Assembly (NCBI GenBank): GCA_049322915.1
Contig: JBMOPW010000014.1
Location: 344,983 to 408,982, forward strand
DNA length: 64,000 bases
From: Candidatus Zhuqueibacterota bacterium
GTDB taxonomy: Bacteria > Zhuqueibacterota > Zhuqueibacteria > Thermofontimicrobiales > Thermofontimicrobiaceae
Reading direction: 5' to 3'
Positions within the stretch are counted from its first letter, which is position 1; each line of letters opens with the position of its first letter. The notes under the pieces are model-generated. The model did not search any database. It was not told where the DNA came from and saw only the letters and a program-made list of their open reading frames with translations. The position numbers and the translations under genes are program-made. Positions 29,127 to 39,900 of this stretch are shown piece by piece.

Positions 29127-30401
29127 TCACTTGTCCTGACTGACGACGCGAACTTCAGCGTCGTGAGCCAGTGTATAGTGGCCGGACGTGATGACCCATT
29201 CACCGGGCTGGAGCGCCATTTTGGAGTTCAGAATTTCGACAAATTCTTCGTTTTCCAGACCGGTTTCAACATAATCCCATTTGGCCAATTTTTCATGTGC
29301 ATCATTTTCTCTGACAATGAAAATCAGGTTACGCTGATCCCGCGTCAAAATAGCCGTGCGCGGCACGAGCAGCCGCTCCTGAAAAATTTGAGCGTCCAGC
29401 TTTACATAGGCGAACATGCCACCTTTGATTTTATTGTCCGGATTATCGATCTCAACCGTGACGCGGCAGGTCTTGTTTTCCGGGTCGACCAGCGGATTGA
29501 TCGTGATGATTTTTCCATTGAAAGTTTCGCCCGGGAAAGCCGGCAATTGGATGGAGGCAGCGCGGCCGACTTTGACATGCTGAATTTCACTTTCAAGCAC
29601 GCCGACATACACGCGGATGCGCGACATATCCATCAGCTTCAGGCATTCCTGGCCGGCAGCGACAAATTGCCCGGCCTGGACAATGACATCCCCAACGGTT
29701 CCGGCAAAGGGGGCTTTCATTTCGCAGTAAGACAAATTCAATTTGGCGCGTTCAAAATTAATCAGCGACGATGAAAAACCAGTCTGACTGGCGACCATTT
29801 CCTCATGCCGAATGCCGGGAATGATCTGGGCGCTCTGATAATTCAACCGAATCCGTTCGTATGTCGGCTCGTCGATCTCACCGTTTTTGTATTGCAGCTG
29901 GGCCTGTTTCCATTCCAGGCTCAGTTGGTTCAATTTATTCACGGCGCTCGAATCAACCAACTCGGCTAATAACTTCCTGTCGACCTTTTTAATTTCAAAT
30001 TCTCCGCGCGATTTCAGCAATCGGTCGCGCGCCTCGGAGAGCGACAACTGGTATTCCCTGTCGTCGAGCTGCAGGAGAAGATCGCCGGCGCGGACATGCT
30101 GCCCTTCATAAGCCGGCAATTTCAGGATTTCACCGCTCACTTTCGGGCTGAGCGTAATCTGGCGAATGGCCTCGGTTTGCCCGGATGCTGAAACGCGAAT
30201 GACCAGGGTTCCCAGATGCGACGGTTCAGCTTCGACGAGAATGGGAGCTGCTTTTTCCTCAGCGGTTCCTGCAGCGGAGTTGGTTTGTTTCGTTTCTGAA
30301 TCGCTGGATTTGTTTTTTGGCAGTATGAATTTCACAGTGAGAAAAGCAAGGACGGCAAGAAACACTAATACAAAAATGGCAATAACAATTTTCTTGGACA
30401 T
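29127..30401 (-). CDS. RND efflux periplasmic adaptor (membrane fusion protein)
   Basis: N-terminal TM; VSGEI...EGQ.V..GDLL, KAPFAG.V, G.I..I.P.VDP...T, GMFA motifs. Confidence 0.92.
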   Translation of the reverse strand: MSKKIVIAIFVLVFLAVLAFLTVKFILPKNKSSDSETKQTNSAAGTAEEKAAPILVEAEPSHLGTLVIRVSASGQTEAIRQITLSPKVSGEILKLPAYEGQHVRAGDLLLQLDDREYQLSLSEARDRLLKSRGEFEIKKVDRKLLAELVDSSAVNKLNQLSLEWKQAQLQYKNGEIDEPTYERIRLNYQSAQIIPGIRHEEMVASQTGFSSSLINFERAKLNLSYCEMKAPFAGTVGDVIVQAGQFVAAGQECLKLMDMSRIRVYVGVLESEIQHVKVGRAASIQLPAFPGETFNGKIITINPLVDPENKTCRVTVEIDNPDNKIKGGMFAYVKLDAQIFQERLLVPRTAILTRDQRNLIFIVRENDAHEKLAKWDYVETGLENEEFVEILNSKMALQPGEWVITSGHYTLAHDAEVRVVSQDK

Positions 30402-30607
30402 TCGAGTTAACCCTGTGCGTTAGTGAGTTTTCCCGGGAGTAACAATGTAATGAGTGCTTATCGGATAGTTTGAATTGAGCTTCGGCGCCGTGATGCTGGC
30501 GTCGTTGAAAATGCGCGGAAAAAGTCTATGTACAAATTAAAAACAATTGGGAAAAAAGCAAGTTATTTTTCATCTGCCGAAAAATTTGTCGCACTGGCAG
30601 AGAATGC

Positions 30608-30641
30608 ACAAAGGTCAGGTGAACAACCGCCTGACCTTTGT
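30608..30641 (-). terminator. Hairpin / probable terminator after the S46 peptidase
   Basis: Perfect 12-bp IR ACAAAGGTCAGG/CCTGACCTTTGT; the U tract is weak. Confidence 0.5.
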
Positions 30642-30812
30642 ATTCATACAAGTTAATCTTCGAAAAACGCCCCTGGAAAATAGGGGCTTTGTGCAGGACT
30701 CCAATGCCACGAAGCCTGAATTATCCAGCCGATTCATCCTATGGCTTAAAATGAATGGCTGATAAAAGTGGCTATGCCGCAACGTCATTCCCGCGTGGCA
30801 GGTTCCAGTGGA

Positions 30813-32987
30813 CTATTCAGTCGCCACATTCATTTCTTTTAACAGATGAGTCGCTTTGCCCAATTTTTCCGTGATGAACAGGGCGTAGCGAACATCCACG
30901 CTGATGGTGCGCGTCAATTCCGGATTGAACTGAAAGTCGCTGGTCATGGACTCGTAATCGCCATCGAATACAACGCCGATCAATTCACCCTTTCCATTGA
31001 GCACCGGGCTGCCGGAATTCCCGCCGGTGATATCGGTATCATGCAGGAAATTCACCGGCACATCGTTCAGGTCGGCGTCGAAATACTGACCGAAATCTTT
31101 TTTCTGATAGAGCTCAGTCAATTCGACGGGATTGTCAAAGGGCTCCTCGCCGGTGTCTTTTTCAATGACGCCCTTTAAGGTGGTGTTCCAGTTGTAGGAC
31201 ACAGCGTCGCGGGGATTGTAACCCTTCACGTATCCATAGGTGAATCGCACGGTGCCATTGGCGTCCGGATAGAGGCTGCCCTTTTTCCATTCATAAATTC
31301 CCCGGATGAGCGAAGGCCGCAGCTTGAATACCGCGCCGACAAACGCCTCGTACTTATCATTCATTTCCTTGTTTTCCTCTTCCAGCTTCGCAGCGAGTTG
31401 AATGATGGGGTCGTTCAATGCATTGATTTCAGTTTCTGTTTTATCCATTAATTCCATAGCTCGGTCGAAATCTGTGAACACGGTTCGCGCGAAGATATCT
31501 TCCACGAAATTGTGAATTGCTTGGTTGAGATCATCGCCGCTTTTCCCGCCTGTCAGACCTTCCAACGCGCGAATTTTCTGATTGTCCGGCAGATTGGTCG
31601 CATCCATCAGAGTCATGGCCAGCAATTTTTTATTCGCCGGGATGTCGATCTGATCTCTGCCTGCGGTGAGTTGCTTTTTTATCCGCTCGATATTTTTCTC
31701 GGTATATCCGGGTTCCCGTTCACTTTCGTTTTTTTGTTTTTCGATGCTCCATTTGTAAATGAAGCGGGCATTGGCAAGCAGATCGCTGCTTCCTAAAATA
31801 TTCCCAAGCGATGTCTGCTTTTTATGATAGGTCCGAAGCTCATCATAGATGCGACCTAACTCCGGCAGAACACTCCCATATTTTTTATCCAACTCCGGAT
31901 TCTTTTTCAGGAATGCGGTGAATTCCGCTTCCTGTTTTTGTTTGCGCTCCAGAAGGCGCGACTTCTTTAACCCTTCCACCATCCCTTCGTTGTTCTTAAG
32001 CACATTGTTCAGTCCTTTGATCCGGGCGGCGTATTTGATTTGCAATTCGCGATTATCGCCGGCCAATTCTTCCAGCGCTTTGATGTTCTTTCTGAAAGTC
32101 TCAATCTGTTCCGGATAGGTTTCATTCTGCCACAGGTCAATTGAAAAAGAGCAGCGGTAGCGCATGGTGTTGCCGGGATAGCCAATGACCATCGTGAAGT
32201 CGTTTTCATTAACGCCGTCCAAAGAAACTTTCAGATATTTTTTGGGTTTGAATGGGACGTTCTTTTCGGAGTAATCAGCCGGCTTGCCATCAGGGCCGAC
32301 ATAGGCGCGCATGAAAGAAAAATCGCCGGTGTGGCGTGGCCACATCCAATTGTCGATGTCGCCGCCATATTCTCCAACAGAGCGCGGCGGTGCGTAGACG
32401 ATGCGGACATCTTTCAGCGTCAGATAGGTGAACAGATAGTAATGGGTGCCGCTCAACATTTCGACGATCTGGGCAGAGATGGTTTCGTCTTCTTCGTACT
32501 TCTTCAAAAGCTCGCGTTTGATATTTTCAATGGTTGTGTAGCGCTCGCCATAGGGCATGTCATCATTGACATGCTTCAAAATTTCGGCGGTCACGTCCTG
32601 AAATCCAGTGCAAATTCGCGCGTTGTAGCCTTTGGCCGGTAGCTCTTCTGCCAGCGTCGCCGCTAAAAATCCCTTGCGGATGAAATCCTGGTCAGCACTG
32701 CTCTGGCGCTGAATTGCGCCAAACGCGACATGGTGGTTGGTGATGATGAGACCCTGGTCAGAGACGAATGACCCTGTGCCGCCGCCAATCTGTACTATCG
32801 CATCCGCCAGACTGACGCCGTCAGGATTGTAAATTTGTTCCGGCGTCAGTTTCAGGCCATGCGCCTGCATTTGTTTCCAGGGAAGCTGTTTGAGGGAATT
32901 CAACAGCCACATCCCTTCGTCCGCATGAATGAGCGTGACGCTTAACAGACAGATCAGTACGATCTGAATGACCAGTTTTTTTTGCAT
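30813..32987 (-). CDS. S46 family dipeptidyl peptidase (DPP7-type)
   Basis: ADEGMW mature start, TNHHV, WMWPRHTGDF, DITGGNSGSPV. FDG (Gly, not Arg) at the S1 position suggests DPP7 rather than DPP11. Start MQKKLV at 32987 with GGAG RBS. Confidence 0.92.
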   Translation of the reverse strand: MQKKLVIQIVLICLLSVTLIHADEGMWLLNSLKQLPWKQMQAHGLKLTPEQIYNPDGVSLADAIVQIGGGTGSFVSDQGLIITNHHVAFGAIQRQSSADQDFIRKGFLAATLAEELPAKGYNARICTGFQDVTAEILKHVNDDMPYGERYTTIENIKRELLKKYEEDETISAQIVEMLSGTHYYLFTYLTLKDVRIVYAPPRSVGEYGGDIDNWMWPRHTGDFSFMRAYVGPDGKPADYSEKNVPFKPKKYLKVSLDGVNENDFTMVIGYPGNTMRYRCSFSIDLWQNETYPEQIETFRKNIKALEELAGDNRELQIKYAARIKGLNNVLKNNEGMVEGLKKSRLLERKQKQEAEFTAFLKKNPELDKKYGSVLPELGRIYDELRTYHKKQTSLGNILGSSDLLANARFIYKWSIEKQKNESEREPGYTEKNIERIKKQLTAGRDQIDIPANKKLLAMTLMDATNLPDNQKIRALEGLTGGKSGDDLNQAIHNFVEDIFARTVFTDFDRAMELMDKTETEINALNDPIIQLAAKLEEENKEMNDKYEAFVGAVFKLRPSLIRGIYEWKKGSLYPDANGTVRFTYGYVKGYNPRDAVSYNWNTTLKGVIEKDTGEEPFDNPVELTELYQKKDFGQYFDADLNDVPVNFLHDTDITGGNSGSPVLNGKGELIGVVFDGDYESMTSDFQFNPELTRTISVDVRYALFITEKLGKATHLLKEMNVATE

Positions 32988-33492
32988 ACAGTTGCTCCTA
33001 TGTTTGTGGGTTGGGTGAGTGATGACACAAAGAATTGACGATATGGAGAATTTGAATTGCATACTCGTATGGTGCTTGTGAGAGAAAAAAATTGGAAATT
33101 ATTCAGGTTAGCTGATTCAGAGTCCAGGGTTCAAATTTAGAATCATTTCATGATGTATATTTTGTAAAGGAATAGTCGTAACTGTACAGCCATTAAGCGG
33201 CTGGTTAGCTGACTGGTTGATTTTTGAACACCACGATCAATCGTGGGGTTGGTACAATTTTAAACCAACGCCATGCTTCAGCATGGTCACCTGAGTCGTT
33301 ACAAAAATTTGATGTATTTCCTACGGCGCAGTCGGGTAGAAGTTGCAGGGAAAAATTGGAGGACTGGGTACAAGTCGGAAATAACAACTGGCAGCAGGGC
33401 GGTCGAGGCGCGCGAATTCTGGCACACCATCGGAGCAGCAATGCGCGGCGCAGCGGACTCGGTTTCTTGCCGCTGATGGAAAGCCAATCGCG

Positions 33493-34041
33493 TTACAGGC
33501 GATCGATGATGCCGAATTGCCCGACTGCTTCACGGTAAGTTCGTTGCAGGTTATGCTGAAACCCGCTTCCAAATTCAAGTCGGTAGCGGCTGAAAATGCC
33601 GTCGGTGATTATTTTATTCAAAAAGGGCATGAGAACCGCTCCGATATAAATAGGCATCGGCTCCGGAAAGATGTCGGCGAATTCTTTCGTAAGTCCGACC
33701 ACTGAATAGGCTTTGCCGGGGATCAGATTGGAAAGGAAAATGGTGCCTGCACCTGGTTCATCGAAAATGAAAAAGCGGCCGGTCACCGAGCGCTTCCAGC
33801 TATGGATGACATCCAATTTGAAATCGGAGAAGCCGGAGGGATTTTTAATAATGAATTGGTCGATCAGGTTTGGCTGGGAGAATAGCGCGAGGTGGATGGA
33901 TTTCAACTGGTCGCTATCCAGGTCGTGCAATCCGTCGATGGTGAAAATGTGCGGTATGATTCGGCGCTGGTTATTGGTGAACAGCAGCAGATTGTAGTAC
34001 AATTCAAAGAAATAATTTGCTTCATCTTTGGATAGAATCAT
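33493..34041 (-). CDS. Hypothetical protein
   Basis: About 182 aa from MILSKDEA, 13 bp after the SEC-C gene; globular composition. Confidence 0.65.
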   Translation of the reverse strand: MILSKDEANYFFELYYNLLLFTNNQRRIIPHIFTIDGLHDLDSDQLKSIHLALFSQPNLIDQFIIKNPSGFSDFKLDVIHSWKRSVTGRFFIFDEPGAGTIFLSNLIPGKAYSVVGLTKEFADIFPEPMPIYIGAVLMPFLNKIITDGIFSRYRLEFGSGFQHNLQRTYREAVGQFGIIDRL

Positions 34042-34054
34042 AAGCACGTCTGGT

Positions 34055-34783
34055 TTATTTGCCGACGCCACAGCATTTTTTATATTTTTTACCGCTCCCG
34101 CACGGGCAGGGATCGTTGCGGCCAATGCGCGGTTCGTCGCGGCGATAGGTCTCTATTTTTTTCAATGCAAAAAGAGACGGATCGCTCGCGGAGACTTCGG
34201 CCGGGGTTTTGCCGCCCAATGTCGCGCGCGGAGTGGCCATCCATTGGTTGTTCAATTCCTGAAGCTGAACCTCATTGGGCATGGACGCGATGTCAATTCC
34301 CTGCTCCTGGCAATAGACACCAAAATCGGCGATCAACGCGCCCTGCGGGGATTCCATGATCTTTTTGACCTGATTCATATCGACGCCCCGGGGTAGCTTC
34401 ATGCTGCTGAGCGCTTCCATTTCAGAACTCAGTTGCGACAGATCGACCTGCGACAGGTCCACCGGCGCCTCTATCGCTTCTTCGACAGGAATCGCCTCTT
34501 CCGCGCTCTCGGTCACATCGAGCGTCTCCTCCACGCTCTCCGGCGGGGGGCCGACATGCCGCTGGATGGCTGAAAGAATGACAGTCAGTTTCTCGGCGTC
34601 CAGCTCCGCATTGTCCTGCCGGAGTTGCCCCACGATCCATGGAACGGTTTCGCCATCGGTTAATAATTCCCTGATGTCGTCCGCTTCGAATCGATCGATG
34701 GAAAATTGTTCGCAGAACTGGGTCAGTTGCTGCATCAATTCATTTAAACCTGGCTCGAATGTTGGAAGGTTTGTCAGATCCAT
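34055..34783 (-). CDS. SEC-C motif protein
   Basis: C-terminal [18 protein letters not shown], preceded by W..TP...LGGKTPAE. Confidence 0.85.
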   Translation of the reverse strand: MDLTNLPTFEPGLNELMQQLTQFCEQFSIDRFEADDIRELLTDGETVPWIVGQLRQDNAELDAEKLTVILSAIQRHVGPPPESVEETLDVTESAEEAIPVEEAIEAPVDLSQVDLSQLSSEMEALSSMKLPRGVDMNQVKKIMESPQGALIADFGVYCQEQGIDIASMPNEVQLQELNNQWMATPRATLGGKTPAEVSASDPSLFALKKIETYRRDEPRIGRNDPCPCGSGKKYKKCCGVGK

Positions 34784-34792
34784 AGTAGTACC

Positions 34793-35305
34793 CTAATTGT
34801 CCGTGATCAACGTTGATTCAGGAGATTGGCGAAATGTGAGAATCCCCAACAAGATAGCGCCGCAGGTGATGAAAATATCAGCGGCATTGAATACCGGCCA
34901 ACTGAAACGATCATAGTAATGCAGGTGAATGAAGTCGATAACATACCCCCGCGCCAACCGCTCCAACAGATTGCCCAGCGCGCCGGAAAATATTAGCGTC
35001 AGCGACACCAGCCACCAGAGCGATTGATGGCGCACCTGCCAGGTGAGGACGGTCAGAAATATCATCGCGACCAGCGACAGCGAGTAGATGAGCCATTTCC
35101 GCAGGCCTGATTCCAGGGAGTGCAGCATGCTGAACGCAATCGCCTCGTTTTCTGTGTAGCGCAATTCGACAAAATTCTCGATGATCGTGACGGGCCGGGC
35201 GTATTCCAGCCGTTGTTTCGCCAGCCATTTGGTCGAAAGGTCGCAACTGGTGCAGAAGATGAGGATGGCCAATAAGAGTAAAATCTTTATTGTTCGTTTG
35301 TTCAA
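34793..35305 (-). CDS. lspA: Lipoprotein signal peptidase II
   Basis: D..TK, N...AFS, GALGN, VIDFI, WPVFNAAD; four TM segments; probable TTG start at 35305 with AAGGA RBS. Confidence 0.88.
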   Translation of the reverse strand: MNKRTIKILLLLAILIFCTSCDLSTKWLAKQRLEYARPVTIIENFVELRYTENEAIAFSMLHSLESGLRKWLIYSLSLVAMIFLTVLTWQVRHQSLWWLVSLTLIFSGALGNLLERLARGYVIDFIHLHYYDRFSWPVFNAADIFITCGAILLGILTFRQSPESTLITDN

Positions 35306-35525
35306 ATCATTTTCCTTCGCAGGTTCGAATGTATATTTAATGCGTTGCTTCGGAGTTATTCCTGGTTCGTGCGCTGCAATGTACAAAAAAAAATCCAAAA
35401 AATCAATACTGTAAATTGCCGGAAACATGCTCGCCAGCCAGCGGGCATCAGTTGAAACTCGCGGATAGCGATGCGGCATATCAGCGCTGGCATCGCCGGA
35501 TTGATCAGCTACAAGTCACACGAAT

Positions 35526-36191
35526 TCATGCGCCGGCTTGTTTGTTGAACCGGCACAGAGCCGAAAGGGGACACGCCTCGCAGCGGGGCTTTCGGGCCAG
35601 GCAAATTGTCCGGCCCAACGCTAACAGATTGAGGTGCAGTGAGTACGATTTACCACCGGGCACGAGAGGCCGCATCATCCAGAACGTTTTCTCCGCCGAA
35701 GTCCCGGCCGGAACAAGCCCAACGCGCTGACAAATCCGATGCACGTGCGTATCCACCGGAAAAATATCCACCTGACATGAAAACAGCAGCACCACGGAAA
35801 TTGTCTTCACACCCACGCCTTTTAATTGACAGAATTTTTCAATGGCCTCGTCCGGGTTCATGCCGCAGAGACCATCCAGGCTGAAGCCGCCGTATTCCCC
35901 CTTTATCCATGTGAGGATTTCCTGAATGCGCTGACTTTTTTGTCGGGCCAGACCGCCGGGACGAATCGCCTCTTCCACCTCTTTGGCGTCGGCTGTCATC
36001 ACGCCTTCCCAGGTTGGAAATTTCTCCTTCAGTCGCGAATAGGCCGTGTCGCGGTTTTTATCATTGGTGCTCTGCGAAAGAACGGTCAGGATCAGATTGC
36101 TGAGTGGATCCATCGGAGCGTCTCTCCCCGGAATCCCGAATTTCTTCTCCAGCGCGGTCACAATATCGATGGCGAGATCTCTCAAATCCAA
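35526..36191 (-). CDS. nth: Endonuclease III-family HhH-GPD DNA glycosylase with 4Fe-4S cluster
   Basis: LSQST, LKGVGVKT, FPVDTHVHR, C-x6-C-x2-C-x5-C (ICLARKPRCEACPLSALC). Confidence 0.88.
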   Translation of the reverse strand: MDLRDLAIDIVTALEKKFGIPGRDAPMDPLSNLILTVLSQSTNDKNRDTAYSRLKEKFPTWEGVMTADAKEVEEAIRPGGLARQKSQRIQEILTWIKGEYGGFSLDGLCGMNPDEAIEKFCQLKGVGVKTISVVLLFSCQVDIFPVDTHVHRICQRVGLVPAGTSAEKTFWMMRPLVPGGKSYSLHLNLLALGRTICLARKPRCEACPLSALCRFNKQAGA

Positions 36192-36313
36192 CGTGTTGAA
36201 TTCCTTCCTCTGTAAATGCTGTCCGAACGATCCGTTGACATCTTCTTGTAGCTTCGTGACTTGCTTCCTAGTGGCAAGAATACATGCCTGCTGAAGATGC
36301 TGTTTTTCTCGTC

Positions 36314-36344
36314 GCTGAAAGCTGAGAGCTGAAAGCTAATAGCT
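36314..36344. repeat. Heptamer tandem repeat (GCTGAAA-like)
   Basis: gctgaaa gctgaga gctgaaa gctaata gct, immediately after the L7Ae stop codon. Confidence 0.55.
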
Positions 36345-36352
36345 TTTTTAAA

Positions 36353-36637
36353 TTATTGAAATTCCAGTTTCAAGCCGGCAGCCAGGTTCCTGTCGGTGAC
36401 AGCGACAGTAGCGACCGTTTCGTGTCCGCACATTTCGCCCAGCGCATCTTTTGTCGAGAAAAGGATCATGGGGATATTCAGTCGCCGGCAGTCGAATTCG
36501 ATTTGCTGCTTCAATTTGTCCGGCGCGTCCAGGGCGACGATGGCCAGCGCGATGCGTTTCTTTCTGAGTAGCAGTTGAACCGCCGATTTTCCAATGATGA
36601 GGGTTCCGGCTTTTTGCGCCAGGTGCAGCAATGACAT
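36353..36637 (-). CDS. ylxQ: L7Ae/L30e-family RNA-binding protein (YlxQ-like)
   Basis: LLHLAQKAG.LI.G..AV, A.DA, K..LG..CG motifs. Alternative TTG start at 36655. Confidence 0.8.
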   Translation of the reverse strand: MSLLHLAQKAGTLIIGKSAVQLLLRKKRIALAIVALDAPDKLKQQIEFDCRRLNIPMILFSTKDALGEMCGHETVATVAVTDRNLAAGLKLEFQ

Positions 36638-36644
36638 GATTTTT

Positions 36645-36914
36645 TCATTGTTCAAGTAAGTTGATCCATTGATATATTTCCCGGTAAAGCGACCGGGGGA
36701 CTTCGCAGCGGAACGAGGCATTGAATCCCCGTTTTTTCTCAGCCATCTGAACACAGGCTCGCCTGGGACAGACATAGGCGCCACGACCAGGTTTGTCCTG
36801 GTTTTCATCGATTTCGAATTGGCCGGTTTTTGTTTTGACAATCCGGAGCAATTCAGATTTATGTCTGGCCTGACGGCATCCCACGCAGACTCTGTGCCAG
36901 TTTGGCTGCGCCAT
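36645..36914 (-). CDS. ylxR: YlxR/DUF448 (RnpM) family RNA-binding protein
   Basis: RVCVGC...K.ELLRIV, PGRGAYVC...C motifs. Confidence 0.9.
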   Translation of the reverse strand: MAQPNWHRVCVGCRQARHKSELLRIVKTKTGQFEIDENQDKPGRGAYVCPRRACVQMAEKKRGFNASFRCEVPRSLYREIYQWINLLEQ

Positions 36915-36925
36915 TCCTGCCTCGC

Positions 36926-39900
36926 TTAGCGAAGATAAATTAATTTGACTGTGTTCGAACGCATCAGGCGATTCGCCTGATGCATTTGCACCTGAGCAAA
37001 GTACACGCCGCTGCCGCAGGACTGGCCATGCGTATCCCGGCCATCCCAGAAAATTTTATGCACGCCCGGGGCAACAATATTCACCGGGATACTCACCACG
37101 ACCTGTCCCCGCAGATTGTAAACCGCCAACCGCGCATCGCCCGGCAGACTCGCTTCGATTTCAATGACTGTGACGGCATTGAAGGGATTGGGGACGTTGG
37201 GCCGAATTCGCAGCGACTGAACCGGCGCATGGCTGGCGCTTTTTCCCTCAACAATTTCGGAAGCGGCCCGCGACTGAATGCAAATATCATCGATGAACCA
37301 GCCGGCCATAGGCCTGGTCTGACTGGAGTCTGTTGCTAATCGAAAACGCAGCAGCAGAGAATCATCGCCGACGCCTGCAAATGGGTCTAAATCCACGAAC
37401 ACCTGACGCCAGTCATCCTGCGTCCCGCTCAAAGCCTCGCCGATGAACTGCCAGTTAGCCCCGCCATCCAGGCTGATCTCGGTGAAGCCGAAATCAACGC
37501 CGGCCTCGATATCATACTTTGTCCGGAAATGAAGGACGAATTGGTACAGCGAAGACCGTGGAATGGCGCCGTCTGCGTAAAGACTGGCGTTGGAATCGTT
37601 GGGATAGGGCGCGCCCGGCCCGGTCGAGATGCAATAGCTGCCGGAAAATGCTTCATTATCATCGAGCGCCCACGAGTCAGAATCCGAGCGCCACAGCGTG
37701 AGGCCATGCTCGAAATTTTCAAAACCGACGGCATAGGATTGAATGTCCGAGACGGCGCGGTTCGGAACAGTAGCGGCGTCGTACGCGGACACGTAATAGC
37801 GCACCGTATCCCCGACAGGAATCCCGGCCGGAATGGCGCCGCTGAACCAATGCGGCTCGGCCAGCGTCAGCGGCAGACTGTCGGCCCCGGTCGCGGCCGC
37901 CCAATGAAGCCATACCGAATTGGGAGCGACTGCAAGATTGTCCTCCACAAAAACGCGAATGGGTCGGGATGCCTTTTGCAGAAAGATATCAGGAAGCGGA
38001 CTGAAAAGAATGGTCGGCGCCGTCTGATCCGATCCCAACAAAAATATGAACGGCGCTGCCTCGCCGGTGACCGGCAGTGTGTGCTGATAATAGGGTGACT
38101 TCATTCCAAAATAATAGCGAACTTCGCCGACAGGAGAATTCAGTCGGATAAATTTCTGGAACTGCGAAAGGCTGACCGGAGACATGGGTGATTCTTCGTA
38201 ATCACTCATGGCGTCGGTCTTCCAGAAGAGGGAGAGCGAATTGATATCCGAGACGCGCGGCGAAAGGTCCACGGTGAAGCAGATCGAGTCTGGCGAAGTC
38301 TCGCTGTCCGCCAGGGGCGTGTGAAGCATTGGCCCCATTGCATTGAGAATCCTTTCCATCAGCTCCCGGCGGATTCTCGACGGGGCAGTTGGATCCGCGT
38401 TGCGGGAAGCATCGGCGGCCTCAAATCCGAACCCGAGGTTCAGTACGCGATGCGACTTTTCGAAAAACACACCAGCGCCCCTGTCCGAATCGTACCGGAA
38501 GCAGGAGACCGCATCCGGCATGGGTTCCAGCCAATCCGGGAATTGGAAATGGGGAGGGATATCCGGCTGGTAAATGGTGAACTCCAGCCCCTGGCCCGGC
38601 GTGCCGGGGATTCCCTGAACCAAAGCCGATCGGCTGTGATCTTCGCGGTAGTCGCTGTGCAGGTAGTGTTGATAAAAATCCACGCTCGATTCGGAGAACT
38701 GGTTATTGCCGTCTCCGCCCGGATCCGCCAGGTCCCAGCCGATATCCTGCCCGGAGAGGAACAGATGACCTCCCTGATTCAGATAATCCTGAAGCGCCAT
38801 GCGGTCTTCCGGAGACAGGCTGGGAAAAGCCCACTCGCAGAACCAGATCACCGTTGGAAAGTGGCTCAGAGTCCGGGCCGGCGGAGTACCCAGCCGGGAA
38901 TGATCCCAGATCAGAAATGGGACGTTGAGCGAGGAAAGCGCGGTGGAATAAAAGCCCTCCACGTTTCGATAGCCATCATCGTCGTCGACCAGCAGCACAG
39001 CGCGTTTGCCGATCATCACGGAGATGGTGTCGCTGCCAACCTTGCCCTGGTCGGTGCGATGCTGGCAGAGTAACTGTGCGACGTGCGGCTCAGCGTTGGA
39101 CGAAATGGCAAAGCGCAGGATATTGTGCACGGCAAAAACGGTATCCGGGGGAATCTGATTCAGTCGCGAGTAGCCTTCGGTGATGCGGATCTGGTCATCG
39201 CTGGTGGTGAGCGTCACTTCGAGAAAAGACGCCGGGCTGATCGAGTAATTCCGAAACCACAGATCGAGTCCAATTTCTTCTCCCCGCTCGATGAGAAAAT
39301 TGCCGTTGCCCCATACCGCATCGGATACGGCCGCTTTGAAGAACTCGATGTTAGCCGGGATTTCATCCTGGACGTCTTCGGTCAATGCGCGATAGGCATT
39401 GACCCGGCCGGCGCCCAACAAATTGGTATAGCCGGGATTGACCGGGTCGATTGGGTCGGCGGTCAAAATCAATTGCCGTTTCAATTGCAGGGCATTGAAT
39501 GTGGGGAACTGGCTTTTCATCAGTCCCAGTACACCAGCCACGACAGGGCTGGCCATGGAACTGCCGGACATCTCTCCGTAGCTGCCGCGGTCGACGGGGA
39601 TGGTGCTCAAAATTCCGGGCCTGCCTGTGCTCTTGTCGCCGCCGGGAGCGGACAGGTCAATGAATGTCCCATAAGTGGCGTAGCTGGCTTTTTCATCGCG
39701 ATCGTTCACAGCAGCCACGGCCACCACGTGGACATAGCTGGCCGGGTAAAAATTGGCGTTCATGTTGGTATTGCCGCCGGCAGCGATGATGATGCAACCC
39801 CGATGAGCGGCGTAGTCGATGATGTCCTGTTCGAACTGGGAGTATGCGCCGGACCGTCCCCAGCTCAGATTGATGATATGCGCGCCATTATCCGCCGCGT

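Noticed and set aside
33178..33213. GTAACTGTACAGCC...GGCTGGTTAGCTGAC as another IS66-type MITE
   Set aside because: The IR is weak and very short and no target duplication is present.
39540..39575. GSSMA instead of GTSMA as a sign of an inactive S8 protease
   Set aside because: The catalytic Ser is retained, the Asp and His motifs are intact, and Thr to Ser is conservative.
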